NCBI GenBank assembly: GCA_003971905.1
Contig: RSEE01000012.1
Span: 620,001 to 684,000, forward strand
Reading direction: 5' to 3'
DNA from: Moniliella sp. 'wahieum'
Taxonomy: Eukaryota
DNA: 64,000 bases
The notes under the pieces are model-generated. The model searched no databases, was not told the origin of the DNA, and saw nothing but the letters and a program-made list of their open reading frames with translations. Below, in pieces: positions 48,258 to 60,291 of the stretch (positions are counted from its first letter, which is position 1; each line of letters starts with the position of its first letter). Position numbers and translations under genes: made by a program.

Positions 48258-50452
48258 CTAGGCGGCATCATCTTCTTGCGCGATTTGGAGTACGCCGCCC
48301 TGATTGATCCTGTGTTTTTGGCTGGCGGCAATCGCCGGAGCGCGGTGGCGGGGATGGGCAAGGCGGGGGAAGACAAGCTGGATAGGGTAGCGGAACGTGC
48401 GCAAGGTCAAGTAGAGCGTACGCAGCACGAAGCGTACCAGGGTGAGGGGAAGCGTGGCGACCGTATTGGCCGCTCCGGATGCTGGCAGGCGCATGTCATT
48501 ACGAGCCGCGACGGTCCAAGCGCCTGTTTCTGGCTCGTCCAATCCCCCAAGCATAACAGCCATCGCACGAGGTAGCCGGGCCAGGACCGCGGCCCAGACG
48601 TGGACAGGGAACGAGACGACGCGCAGGACCAGGAGGTATGCCAATGTCCGTGCTAAATGCCGTTTTCGTCGGCTGGCCGCCTCGACGGGTCCTCCGAGAG
48701 GCCCATGTTGAGCGCAGTTGGCCGCCCGCAGTCCTACACCACCGACCATAACCGCCGGATAGCCAAAGTACGGGTTGGCTGAATCGTAACGAGAAATGGT
48801 GCCGGTAGGGCGGGACTGACGATGGAGCCGTGGGGCACCATGTGGCGGGTGAGCGCGCTCCAGATGGCGCAGCTTGCGTGCGGCCTTGGGGACCGTCTCC
48901 TCCGCCCTTTGCCCTTGCACAGGCGAGCCGGATCGACTGGGCAAGGGTGTAACAAACCTGGATGCGGCAGGCGACACCACCCGGCTGGAGGCGGGCGTGA
49001 CAAAGCGGGACGCGGCAGTCTGCAAAAACAAAATGGCGGGTCAGATGTCAGAGCCACAGAAGCCAAAAAGAAAGGAAGAAACGGCTCACCGTCCCAGTTC
49101 CAGCCATGGACTTGAAGTCGTCATAGGCTGATCCCAAGTCATCCAGCTCCTCTGCCAACGCGGGGTCGGAAGGAGCTTGCTGTTGCCCCTCCAGTTGCCT
49201 CCCCATATCTTTCCCTGGGATCCAGACAGACCATTTTTGCAAGCCCGTATTAGTAGAGGCATGGACCGCAGGGCGATAGAGATCGTGTGCAGGCGGCGGC
49301 GTCTTGGCATCATCGGCGCCTACATTAAGCGGATAACCAGTGGTGGACAAGCCGGGCTCGTACCAAATCTTGCGCACGTCGGCCGTACCCGAGGGAAACC
49401 GCACCCGCTCGGACGCCGAGGGGGGCAGGATCTTTTTTGCAAACGCCCATAAGCCTGCGTGGACCCAACCATACCCAACCACATGTACGGCCGACCAGAG
49501 CGAAACAAAGTGGCGTTTCGATAGACGCTCCAGTTCAGGCAGCAGTTCCATGCCCCCCTTGGCAATTGAGAGCGAGTTGCCCCCCGGATTGGGTCGTAGG
49601 TCAATGACCAATGTGCCTTGTACCACAGGGGTGGCTTGCCCGTGTTCAAGGACGATTGATATGCATGATCGATGGCCAAGCGGGCCATCTCGAGACCTGC
49701 CAGCAGATATGCATTCACGCCATCAATCTCATCCCCTTCCTTGAGAAGGAAGGCCTCGACATCTGCGATCACCTCCTCGTCCGACACCACCTCCTTCCCC
49801 CAACCCCGGCCACCTCAGGGAGCGAAGTCAAGCTCGCATCCAGCTCCACCGGATGGTGCTCGACAAAGGAGGTGGAAGAAGATGAAGACGAGGAAGAAGG
49901 TGGATCTGGTGTGTCGGAGCGAGAAAAGGCAGACAAGGTTCGGATGGAAGCAAGGACAAGAGGGCGGCGATGTGCATCGGCCATATCGTCGTTCATCCAA
50001 AGCAGGGGCGAGGCAGTTGGGGGGGCAGACGCATAGTCCGTGGTAGATAGGTGGGGGTCACCGGCCACAAGGCTAGTAGGGTGGCTGTCAAGGGGCAGGA
50101 TGGTCCAGATGCCACGATCTGCTTTGCCGGGCATGTGGACCAGCAACTTCCACGCCAGCGACCGGGCCATGGCGAGCGCAGCAAGACGGACGTCGCCCTC
50201 AAGCTTGCGCAGGATCCGGAAGAGGTGCGCATCGTCACGCACCATTGACAGCGCATAGGTTCGTCGCCGCTCGGCGCCAGCCGGGCCAAGGGAGGTGCCC
50301 ACGTGCTGCAGCACAAGCGGGAAGACGTGGCGAGCGAGCTGAGTGCGCAGCTGGGCCAGGAGCGACTCGGAGTGCGGGGGCTGGGCGACAGAGATGCGGA
50401 ACCATGCGTCGGGGGTAGCGGCCTTGGCGTAGGACATGGTGGAGGCGGGCAT
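48258..50452 (-). CDS. CRAL-TRIO (Sec14-like) lipid-binding protein, frameshifted
   Basis: DDAHLFRILRK, DAHRRPLVLASIR, QGTLVIDL, ELLPELERLSKRHF..AVHVVGYGWVHAGLWAFAKKILPPSASERVRF; intron ~49020-49089. Confidence 0.75.
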
Positions 50453-50854
50453 GGCACGGCTGGGTGGGGCACGGCCCGAGGCGTGCGGCAGCGTCCGGTG
50501 GGCGGCGATCGACGATGTCGGCCTGCCTGGGTCTCATCCTCGCCCCTGCCCTTGCACAGAAGAACAGGCCGCCTTTTAATTTCACACCGGCCGCCCCTTC
50601 CGTTTCTGCAATGTTCAAGCGGGCCTATACTCCCGTGCCAACACCCACCCAAAACAACGCCACAGATCATCGATCCCCGCCACCCTCCGGCATGTTGGGG
50701 CACCAGGGGGCCTATCTGACATGACGTTCATGCGAAGGGGTCTGAATCGCCTCATGATCCATCGCACATGGCAAGTGGAGATGATGTTGGGACAGAAACC
50801 GACAGCAACACGAAGAAGTATAATGTACTGACGTACGGCTCCGTCCCTACTATA

Positions 50855-51165
50855 GGCGGCTGATGAGACCTGGTGTCCGGATGGTCCTCGAGGGTGATGC
50901 AATCGCACTGATGGTGGTGGCTATGGTCTAAGCCAACCAGCAACGCCTACTGAGGAACATCAATCAGCGAGTCGCCACCAGGGGCTAAGCTGCGGAACAA
51001 GGAAAAACAGGAGAGAAAAACAACGGAACTCCTAGGCCTGAGGAGGAACTGAAGGGACATTGGCCAAAGCACGAGCCACCCGGTGGCTCAACAGCGGCCC
51101 AGCCGCGCATGCGATACAGGAGGGGACAGGTCCAGCATCAGAAGAGAACGAGCGTAGTAGAGATC
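50855..51165 (+). repeat. Dispersed repeat copy B (inverted relative to copy A)
   Basis: Same collinear matching blocks as copy A; contains the hairpin GAGCCAC-ccg-GTGGCTC (51073-51089). Confidence 0.85.
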
Positions 51166-51531
51166 TCAGATCTCATGAGAATGTATCACATCCATCCATG
51201 TATCGCCAGGAGACAGAGAGAAAAGGATGTGGGGCTTAGGCAATAAGGTCGATACCCACAGCAGTGCAAATGGGAATGTGGTATCCAAGTCAGGTCAATG
51301 CACATTGCATCACAGGTACGAAAGAGATCTCTTGTTATGCATAGGAAGTAACTGCACGAAATTTGGGATCGTTATCGCGCCACCAATTACCGTTTCCTCC
51401 AAGCAGGGCTCTAGGCAAAAGGAGGGGCCGGGGAGAGGGGAGAGAAGGGGAGGAGGCATGCGAGATATGACGCAAGGTGAACCAAGGAGATACAAAGGAG
51501 GAATGATTGGGGCACACCAGGTGCTGAAATC

Positions 51532-54402
51532 TTATCTTTCTGATTTTGCTTTGTTGAGACTTAGGGTGAACAGGTCCCGCAGCCCCCGACGACGCGAGCG
51601 AGAATGCTTGATGCTAGCGCAGGATGGAACGACGGGGTCACGGTGGAGATGAGTGTTCGTCGCTCCCACCGGGACCTTACCCATTTGACCCAACTCATAG
51701 TCCTCTCGCGTCTTGGGCGGAACAGGAGGTGGAGGGGAAGAAGGATTTGTCACGCCTTGCTCCGACCAGCCTTGATCCGAAAGGAGCATGCCCATCGTCG
51801 GGACCGAGGTAGGCGTCGAAGTGGGGATCGAAGTGGAAACCGATGTGCTGGTCGAGACCGAGCCTTGTCTTTGTCCCAAGGAAGGCCGCGGCTTTCCCAG
51901 CCCAGAAGGTACATGCAGACTCGGCATGGACCCGGATCGAGCCGAGTGGATCCCCAGGCCGGCAGCCATGCTCGACGGACGATTGGTGGCCAACGGGGCC
52001 GAAAGTTGACTTCCACACTCTCCCGTCGCAAAGCGTCCTCCTCCGAACCAGCCCCACTCTGCCGTTCGCTCGATCCCGTTCGGCCTCCCATTCGGCCTCC
52101 CATTCGGCTTCGGGAACGCGCACGAAGAAGAGAAAGCTTGCCAGTCAAATGGGAGCCACTGGCAGGGGGATAGGCGGCAGGTTGAGGGCTATGGGTCCGT
52201 CCTTCGCGTGCAGAGCCGGCCAAACTACCTGCACGAACGAGGCTGGGAGAAGAACTTGCGCTGCGATTGGCAGTCAAGCTGGATCGGCCCGCGCCAGATG
52301 GCGAGGGGGCGGTACGGACAGTCCGGTAGGCACGTTCGTCACGATTTGAGCGCGAGCTTGGTCCCGAGTCGTGTCCTGCAACGTCGCATACTGCTCGCTG
52401 CTGTATGTCTCTGAACTTGGGTCCGCCCCAGGAGCAGTAGATACAACAGGCCAGGGATCAATTTGATCAAACGAGCGAGTACATTTGGCCCGGACACTCT
52501 TGACATTAACCGACCATGCCGTTGTTCGTCGTACACTCGCCCCAACAAGAAGCAGGCGTGCCCCGTGCCGAACAGAATGTTGTCTTCCCACACGTTGAGC
52601 CGCATTCAGAGCACCTTCAATTGCATGTGACCGCAGAAACTCTTCTCGCTCTTTTCCCCGCTCGGCACTTTCGGGACCGTAGCGCAAATGGGGCAGTTTC
52701 ACCCCGACCAAATGAGCAGAGGGAAGGGGAAGTGGGAGGAACGAGGCGACCCGAAGCGTAACGTTGATCACAAAGCTCATCTCTACTGCGCGAAAGTCTT
52801 GGCATATGGAGCACGGGGACTCGTTCTTGGATCGAGGTAGGGGGAAAGATGTCTCCTCTTCCTCCTCGTCCGAGCCTCGAGGACCGGCACCGTTCTCATC
52901 GTGAACCCTGCCACAACAGCGTGCGCACACTACGTTCATTCGAGTCGCGCCCAACTCAATGTTGGACCGGAGCTTGTTCCGTTGCAAAATGCTGGCGCTG
53001 TCAATCGAGACTGACCATGGATCGATGGTCTGGGGCGTCTCGAGCGCAAGCTGGTCCTCTTTGGTGTGGGAGAGACAATAGGTATCAGGTCAGTCAGGCT
53101 GCGGCACACAGGACGGAACCACAAAAGGGATAGGCGAAAATCAAGACAAACCTGGACCAACTTGAACGGGTCGTCGAATGTGCCAATGACCCTTGCGTTG
53201 CTCAGAACAGATGGTGATGATGACGTCGGCGCGTTCCTGCTTGCTTGTGGCTTCCAGGGACAGATCTTGCTCCCGATGATGCAGTTTTTCGACCAGTTTT
53301 TTGCACTGTTTGGGGGAGAGTGTGTATTCCTGTGCTCGTTGAGCAACGGTCGGCCAACAAGGGCCGTAAAGGGCAGCCATCCTTGCCGGATCCAGGTGTT
53401 CGGCAGCCACATAGAGACCTGCCGCGGTAAGCGGGACCCGCCCTTGAGTGTCAGGAGGAAACGGTGCGGCCACATTGTCCCCCTGGACGCTTCCTACCTC
53501 TTCCGCGCGCCACAAAGGCAGAGGAAGAGCATCATCGTTCACCTGCCCCCCCGCGGTGGTAAGAGGGATTTTGGTACCTTGCAAGCTGGCCATGGCTCGT
53601 GTACCCAGCTGAGGATACAGTCGGACAAGCTTGGTTCGGAGCAAAGAGAGAGAAGGCATCTGCCCCTCATGCTGGAGAGAAGGAGCGACATACATGTCGC
53701 ACTTGACAGAAGTTGGGTCAAGTGTCCCGGACTTGGCCCCAGCGAGATCCGGGCAGAGAAGCAGGCAAGGACCGTTGACTTGCTGGTGAGCGTGGCGATG
53801 CAGTCAATAGAGTAGGCTGAGGCGGAGGCACAAGTGAAACAGCTGACGGAGACCGGTGGCGCACCACCAGGGCCGATTTTTTGGTGCCAGAGGAGGTGGA
53901 ACGGCTAAGAGGAGCATAATCGGTTCCAGCAAGAAGATCCGAGGTGGAAACCCTGGGGAAGGAGGGCGTAGGTGGGGCCAGGGAGTCGGATCGCGATGGA
54001 GGCAGCATACGATCAATGGCGGGGGAACGAGACGAAGGAGCAGGGCCAGTGGGGCTAATGCGGTCCGAATACGACTCGGGCGTATTCTCCTGTGGCGCCT
54101 GACGTACACATGGAGTGGCAGACTGTTCCCTGGGGACTGCGATCCAAGGCCTCCCAAGGCCGCTGCCTGTTGACGGTCGATGCGCGGACCTGTTCGGCTT
54201 CGACCTGGACTTGGCGCCGGCGTTGGATGGCTTCCTGCATTGCGGCAATATGGTCCCCCGTCGTGGCGGGTGGGAGGAGGGTGTGTTGACGGGGGCGCGG
54301 AGGATGCCTGTGGTCGGGACATGTTGTTGCGCGGAGGCCAATGGTTGGGCCAGAAAATGCCACGCCCCACTCAGTGTGGGTCAGGTGCTGGGTGCTGGCC
54401 AT
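51532..54402 (-). CDS. Uncharacterised large Ser/Pro-rich protein with a possible Cys zinc-binding motif, frameshifted
   Basis: Chain of overlapping protein-like minus-strand ORFs (54055-54675, 53718-54341, 53141-53695, 52274-52987, 51750-52277, 51532-51993), including CARCC...CSIC. No family recognised; start uncertain. Confidence 0.5.
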
Positions 54403-55287
54403 AGGGACAGGAGGGAAGCAAAGAAAGTAGGGCGGGAGATGGAGGCCGCCAGCGGAGATCGAGGGAGAGGGAGAGGCGACGCGAAAGGAGATGTGGCGGA
54501 AGAGAAGATAGAGGATGGATATATGAATACGACTAGTGCGAGGATGGAAGTGAGGATGGGAGTAGTGATGGTGGAGCCCAAGAAGACCATCTCGCTCGTC
54601 CCGAAGTAAGGTAGTATCAAGGAGAAGCCCAAAGTGCACCTCGTGTTGCAGGCCGGCTATGCTATCGGAGATCATCGATCATCGATCAGGCGATCTGAAG
54701 TGCAATCTGACTGCCCCCGTGGCTGCGCTTGAGGCCGGCGAGCCTCACCGGGACTTGTGGAGTGCTGGGGAGAGGGGCAGTGGAGGGGGCGCCCATCCCG
54801 GTGACTGCACCCGTGCGGCTTGCGCCACCTTCACTGCTCCCGTGTTGATTCCGTACTCTGTGCCCCCCCACCTGGCCGGGGGAGGCCAGGCGCTCTGCCT
54901 GGGCGAGCACCGCTAAGTGGCAAAGGAAAGGCACAGCGCCAGTGCTCTGCCCCTTGCCGCGCCCGCGCGAGCATCAACACTGCCCGTATGCTGGTCAGCG
55001 GACGCCACTGTGTTTCGCTTGCGCAAGCTTGCGCCCAAGGTTGTTGGGGGCCGGCGGGGCATGGGATTGAGCAGTGGGACTGATGGATACTTCTCCCCTC
55101 TCCATCTAGGCGCTCGCCAGGAGGCTCGAATCAACACCCCAACCACCAGCTTCTAGAGGCTACCATATGTCCTAAAGGGAATCAACAGCCCTTGGTGTGT
55201 CGCTCCACTTGCCCTAGTCACCGCCGTCAGTTCCAACGGGGAAGAAGATGAGCGAAGGAAAACGAATACAATATCGTAACTGCCGTA

Positions 55288-57230
55288 CTACATACACTTC
55301 CCAGTCAATCCAACGCGACAATCGATGGCCCCTCCGTCCCACGGCCTTTTTCCTGACCTTTGAGGACCGGTACAGAGACGAAGAAGGTAGGATGATGTTG
55401 GCAAGGCCCCGTTGTCGGCGCCACCAGTTGGTGCGGGCGAATGATGCTGGCTGGAGAAGAGAGGGGGGGGAGTCAGTTGCCACGAAACAGAACAGCTTTT
55501 CCAAGAAGAGGGAGTGACGTACGGTTGAACAAGAACCACCATTTGCGCACAAACCGTTCTGACAATTCGTACGCCTCTGGGTCCAACAGGTCATCACCAT
55601 GGACAATGTAGGCGGTATCCCACACGTTGTCGTCGAATCCATCGCCCACATATCGTTGCAAAGGTCGAATTGGGTAAAGTGACCGGCCCACAGGCGGCGC
55701 AGCACTTCGTCTCGTACCGACCGCCAAGGGATGCAAGCATCAATAAAAAAGTGATGAGGAACCAACGCAGCCAGCTGATTGGGGTGGAGACCATCGGGTA
55801 CCGCTTGCCACCGGATCTGTCCTTGCGGTCGTTTCGGCGCGGGCCCATATACCAACGTATCGTCGAGCGAATACGGCAAGGAGAAAAGAGGGGCAGTAGA
55901 GGCAGTCGGGGTAGTGGGGAAAGCAGGCATACCCTTGAGGATTCCTAGCGGATTCGAAGGAGTGTCGTGAGTTGAACAGTATTGAGCAAAGTCCTCGGCC
56001 AAGTAGGACATTTGGCGATCATCGTCCACAAACCGACATATCCACCCCAAGAAGTTGCCCCACGCGGTAAAAGACGTGTTCAACAGGGAAAGTAGGAAGC
56101 ATGCGAGCATCCCCCCAGGCACTGTTCCCTCCAAACGTGGGAAGCAATTCGTGGGCAGTTCGAGCTTGATCAACGTCAAGACGGGAACGCTTCGCTACTA
56201 CTTTACGTGCACCCTCTTCTTCCTCTGGGGGCGTCTGGGACACAGTAGTGGGCCCGAGTATGAAGGGTGATAAAGTGCCTGGTCTCGACAGCCATCCCAT
56301 CGAGTCGGCATTGGAATCGATAGGTGGGGCGCCCTTCCACAGAGAAGCTGTAGCGGACGTAGCGGATTGAGTATCGCCCACCGGTCCAAGAGCCTCGTTC
56401 GCCCCCTCATCTCGTATGGTTTTGAGAGGAGAAACGCAGCCTTTAGGGGTAGTGATGGCCTCCTTCTTCTCGCTCCACTGATCGACAGAATCCAGCTCGG
56501 CTGCCAACGCAGTGTAGAAAGCGGCCGCGTCGCGCCGAGTAGCGTTGGATCCAGTATCCCTGTCTTGTGACTCAGATGTAGATCCATCCTGGTGGGGTGG
56601 TAGGCCCCTTTCCGGGGCATCGACAGATGTACATGTTGAAGCGGTAGAAGATGCCGAGGTGGGGGGCGTCACATCTTGCCCCAGTATATCGAGGACCGAC
56701 GTGGGACTGGTACGGTCGTTCAAGCTGGGCAAGGGGGTAAACCAGTCGATCGGCTGGGTCCACTGAGCAAGGTCCAGTGTAGGGTCCAGCGACTGCAGGT
56801 CCACATCGAGCAGAGCGGGAAATCCTGAGCCTGGCTCAAATGACGGCGGCTGCAGCGGCGATTCAGAAGGTGGCGGCTGTCGCACTGATTTTGGTGGCGA
56901 CGGCTGCAGTGGCGGCGGCTGAGGGGTTGGCAGCCGCTCCTCCCCTTGTAGAGGAGGTAAGAGCGCAGCGGAATCGTAGACCTGACTGGGCATTGGGTCG
57001 GTGGAGATGGAAGGCGGCGCAGTGAGCGTAGGCAGATTCAACTTGTCTGGCAGGTCGTGCCTCCCCCGTCCTATTGCTGCCTGCAACGAAGACGGAGCAC
57101 CTTGAGCATCGGGATCAAAACCCCGCTTGCGCAGGCGCAACCGGGTTTGGGCTAGGCGGTTCTGCTCCCTCCTTTTCCTCTGCCGCTCGGCGAGCTCCTG
57201 AGGCGTGAGATTCATACGTGGACGACCCAT
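55288..57230 (-). CDS. bZIP-like basic region plus DUF3425 transcription factor
   Basis: Basic region RQRKRREQNRLAQTRLRLRK; C-terminal LHPNQL..PHHFFIDACIPWRSVRD, DLCNDM, DLLDPEAYELSERFVRKWWFL, RTNWWRRQRG; intron ~55449-55522. Confidence 0.85.
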
Positions 57231-58405
57231 CGTGGGTGGAGGGAAAGTTGAGGCGGTGGCGGAGGGAAGATGGTGTGGCTGGATTAAAGTGGCTTAAAGT
57301 GGCCACTTGGTTTAGTGACATTGGAAAGGCGTCACGAGATGTCTCGTACTAATTCGAGGTGCCTGAGCGCTGAGATAGCTGATAGCGCCTGTCAAGAGCC
57401 AAGTTTAACTGGTACTGAGCCTGAGCAGAAGCCCTCAGCTCGGCCGACCTGGCCGACCGCAGGCCTCAGCGAGCGCTCAGCGCTTGGCTCGCCTCAGGTC
57501 GCAAACTCAGAATACCAGGCGGGGTATAAGTTTCAGCTACAAGTTGAATCCAAAAGTCTTCCGCTTAATGCGGAGCCCCCCAGTCTTTCCCCACGGGGGT
57601 TAGCCGCTCCACTCGATCGCGGATGGACACAGTGTCGCGCACACGAGCTCAGGAGAAGCCCTCTCCTGCACAGACAATCGCCATTCAAGAGGCTCCAATC
57701 GGCGGAATCCCCGTGGTCTCGAATAAAATTCAACTATAGGACTACGAGAGGGGGAGCGAATGAAGTCGTACTAGCAGCGGGAGGCATGTTGGAGAGAGAA
57801 AAAGATGTATTACACCCAGATCCCAGCGAACTGCAATGATTGCGACATCCAGACCTTAGGGCCAGATCATCGATCGCCTGCCCCTCATAGAGCTCCTTGA
57901 TGACCGCAAGGGATGGCGAAACGCGATGGAGGGGATCCAGGCAATTGCTTCCAGTGGGGAGAGGTGCTATGCTGATATGTCGGAGCAAGTGTCGAAGGGG
58001 GACCGCAAGGGAAGAGAGTGAGATGCTGCAAACATGAGGAGAGTGCTTTCGATTCTGTCTGCAGAGACCGAGGCAAACCATGGTGCGCCTCAGCGGTTAG
58101 CCGAGCAACTCACAAGGACCAAAATTCCAGACAACCAAAGCAACACTATACTGGACGCTATCGTGTGGTGTCACAACACCGCTCTCCTCGCTTCCCAACT
58201 CCTTCTTTCTGTGTCGCATCATTGAACCGCCTTATGCCTCCTCTCGAACATCGATGACCGCGGCCATCCCCGATCTCTTGACCCAACTTGGCACTCGCGA
58301 CTTGAAATGCAGGGGAAGGCAATAGCAATAGAAATGGGATGGGGGACAGAGGGAAAGGGCCAGGGGGCAGGAGGGAAGAACAGCAGGTAGGATCGCTGGC
58401 TGCAT

Positions 58406-58916
58406 TTATCGGTACTCCCATGCTTCGGGGTCAAATTCTTCCACCAGCTCCGGATCGTCCTGTTCTCCCAAAGCGTGGTGAGCAAGCAGAAAACGGGTTT
58501 CGCGCGGCAGGAAGAAAGACTAACCTTGTAGGTGGGGCCAAATCCAGCGAAGCCATCGCGCAAGACCAGGATCTGCTGTGGCGGCAGAGACGCCTTCTGG
58601 TCGCGGGCAAAGGCGGTACGGGCTTCGGAGTAGATGCGGGCGGCCTTGGGGCCTCGTACTTGGGAGAGGTGGCAGTGGAAGACTACCTTGGACTTGTCCT
58701 TCAGTTCTTGGACCAGCTCGGACAGGATTTGGTCCGCCTGGGCATCGCCGCCGGTGAGCTGGATGGCAGGCCTGTTGAGAGCGCCGAGGATGTGGCCGCC
58801 AACAAAATCGTCGTCGCGTGCGTCGACAATGGCCAGCTGCTTCTCATGGCAGGGTCCTTGAGCTGGGCAGCAAGGTCGGGGGCATTGATGTAGGTGTATG
58901 CGGGCGTGAAGGACAT
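58406..58916 (-). CDS. Cdc25-like rhodanese-fold phosphatase/arsenate reductase (Ych1/Ibp1/Acr2-like)
   Basis: IVDARDDDFVGGHILGA, HCX5R active-site loop VVFHCHLSQVRGPKAA, VLRDGFAGF; intron 58460-58524; last exon DDPELVEEFDPEAWEYR*. Confidence 0.9.
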
Positions 58917-59596
58917 GGCGGGGCGGTGGGGCCGAAGCCGAGGGGCAAGGCGGGATGCGAGGGTGGCCGGGGCAGGGCAGGCAGCGCGCATGCGAATGCC
59001 GTGGTCTGGCGGAGCGGCGGAGGCCCGAGGTGATGAGGATGTGATGTGATCGAGGCAGGACAGGGGCCAATGCGTGGCAGCCTGCTGGTGCTCCACAAGC
59101 GCTATGATGCGCAGCGCAGTGGCTGCGGTGGTCTCCAGTACCTAGTACCACTGCGCTCGCCACCGCATCTGGCGTCCACATTCCACTGTCGTCGCACAAC
59201 CGGTAACCCACCAGGCCGGCGATGAGCGCTACGCATTCCCAAGTTAGGACGCCCTCCTTAATCCAGTCGCTCCTGCGGCCACGTCCCACCCGCTGCGCCT
59301 CAGCTCCCCGTTCCCAGTTCCGTCCATTCCGCCCTGCCCAGCGCCCAGAGGGTCGGGGCCCACAGAGCACGGGGGCAGTGTCCGGCCGGCGGGGTCCCGC
59401 ATCCCGCCGGGGTTGGATGGCGGTGTGTGCGACGCCGATTGGGGTGATGCGACGCATTGACGCCATGCGTGGTGGCAACCGAGGCGGTGCGCGTGCTCTT
59501 AAGCATCCCCACTTCGACACCCCGCCTCCAGCGGCCACCCTGCCTCCGCCCCTTGCACTCCCCTCTCCCTCTCCTCTCCTCCGTCCCGCACGCGCC

Positions 59597-60291
59597 ATGC
59601 CGCCACCTCGCCCAAGCCCAAACGCGCCCAGGCCGTGTTTGCCGCTCGGCCGCCGCCTGTCCCCGTCACGCTGCCGTCATGTCGCGCTGCCCCGACGCCC
59701 ACTTCTGCGAAGCTGTCTTTGACAACGTGCTCTCTTGTTCCCCCCGCCCACATCGACTTGGCATTCACCTACATTGGCCCCCCGACCCCTCTGCCACGTA
59801 CGGGGTACAGTGCATGCATGGCGACGCCGAGTGCCGCGGCAACATCCATCAACTCTGCGCCGCCCACGCCTTGGGCCCGGCCACAGGCGTTGCGGCCGCG
59901 TCAGATCCAGACACCAACCGTTGCTGCTGGACTTTGTGTTGTGCTCCACATTCGGACAAAGATTCGATTGGCCAAGACACAGCCGCTGAGCGATGCTGGG
60001 CTGAAACCCAGAGTCGCAGCACAGACGCGTCGCTGCCTCCCTGGCAGACCGTCCAATCCTGTGTCGACGACCCAGCCCAAGGACAGGCCTTTCTTCTCTC
60101 CAGTGTCACCCACACATCTCGCCTCCACGTACGCTCCTCTTGTACCGTCCTCATCGACCACATCTCCCCTCTGTGTCCGCGACGGTGGCGTTTGGCGCGA
60201 CTGTCCGCCTGGGGTAGGCGCCGAGCCAGAGGACTTTGCCAAGCAGATCGAGCACGCTTGGAGCAACGAGTTGCCCCTTTTGTCGAGCTGA
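59597..60291 (+). CDS. GILT-like thiol reductase, frameshifted; start uncertain
   Basis: VMSRCPDAHFCE, CMHGDAECRGNIHQLC (GILT CxHGxxEC-type signature), SCTVLID..CVRDGGVWRDC. Confidence 0.8.

Noticed and set aside
50859..50895. CTGATGAG plus a stem resembling a hammerhead ribozyme core (also CTGACGAG near 45950)
   Set aside because: No GAAA follows stem II, and the core is not conserved in the other repeat copy.
46760..50945. Repeat-encoded Cys-containing peptides as pheromone precursors or a mating-type locus
   Set aside because: No CaaX-stop ending, and no pheromone receptor or homeodomain gene in the window.
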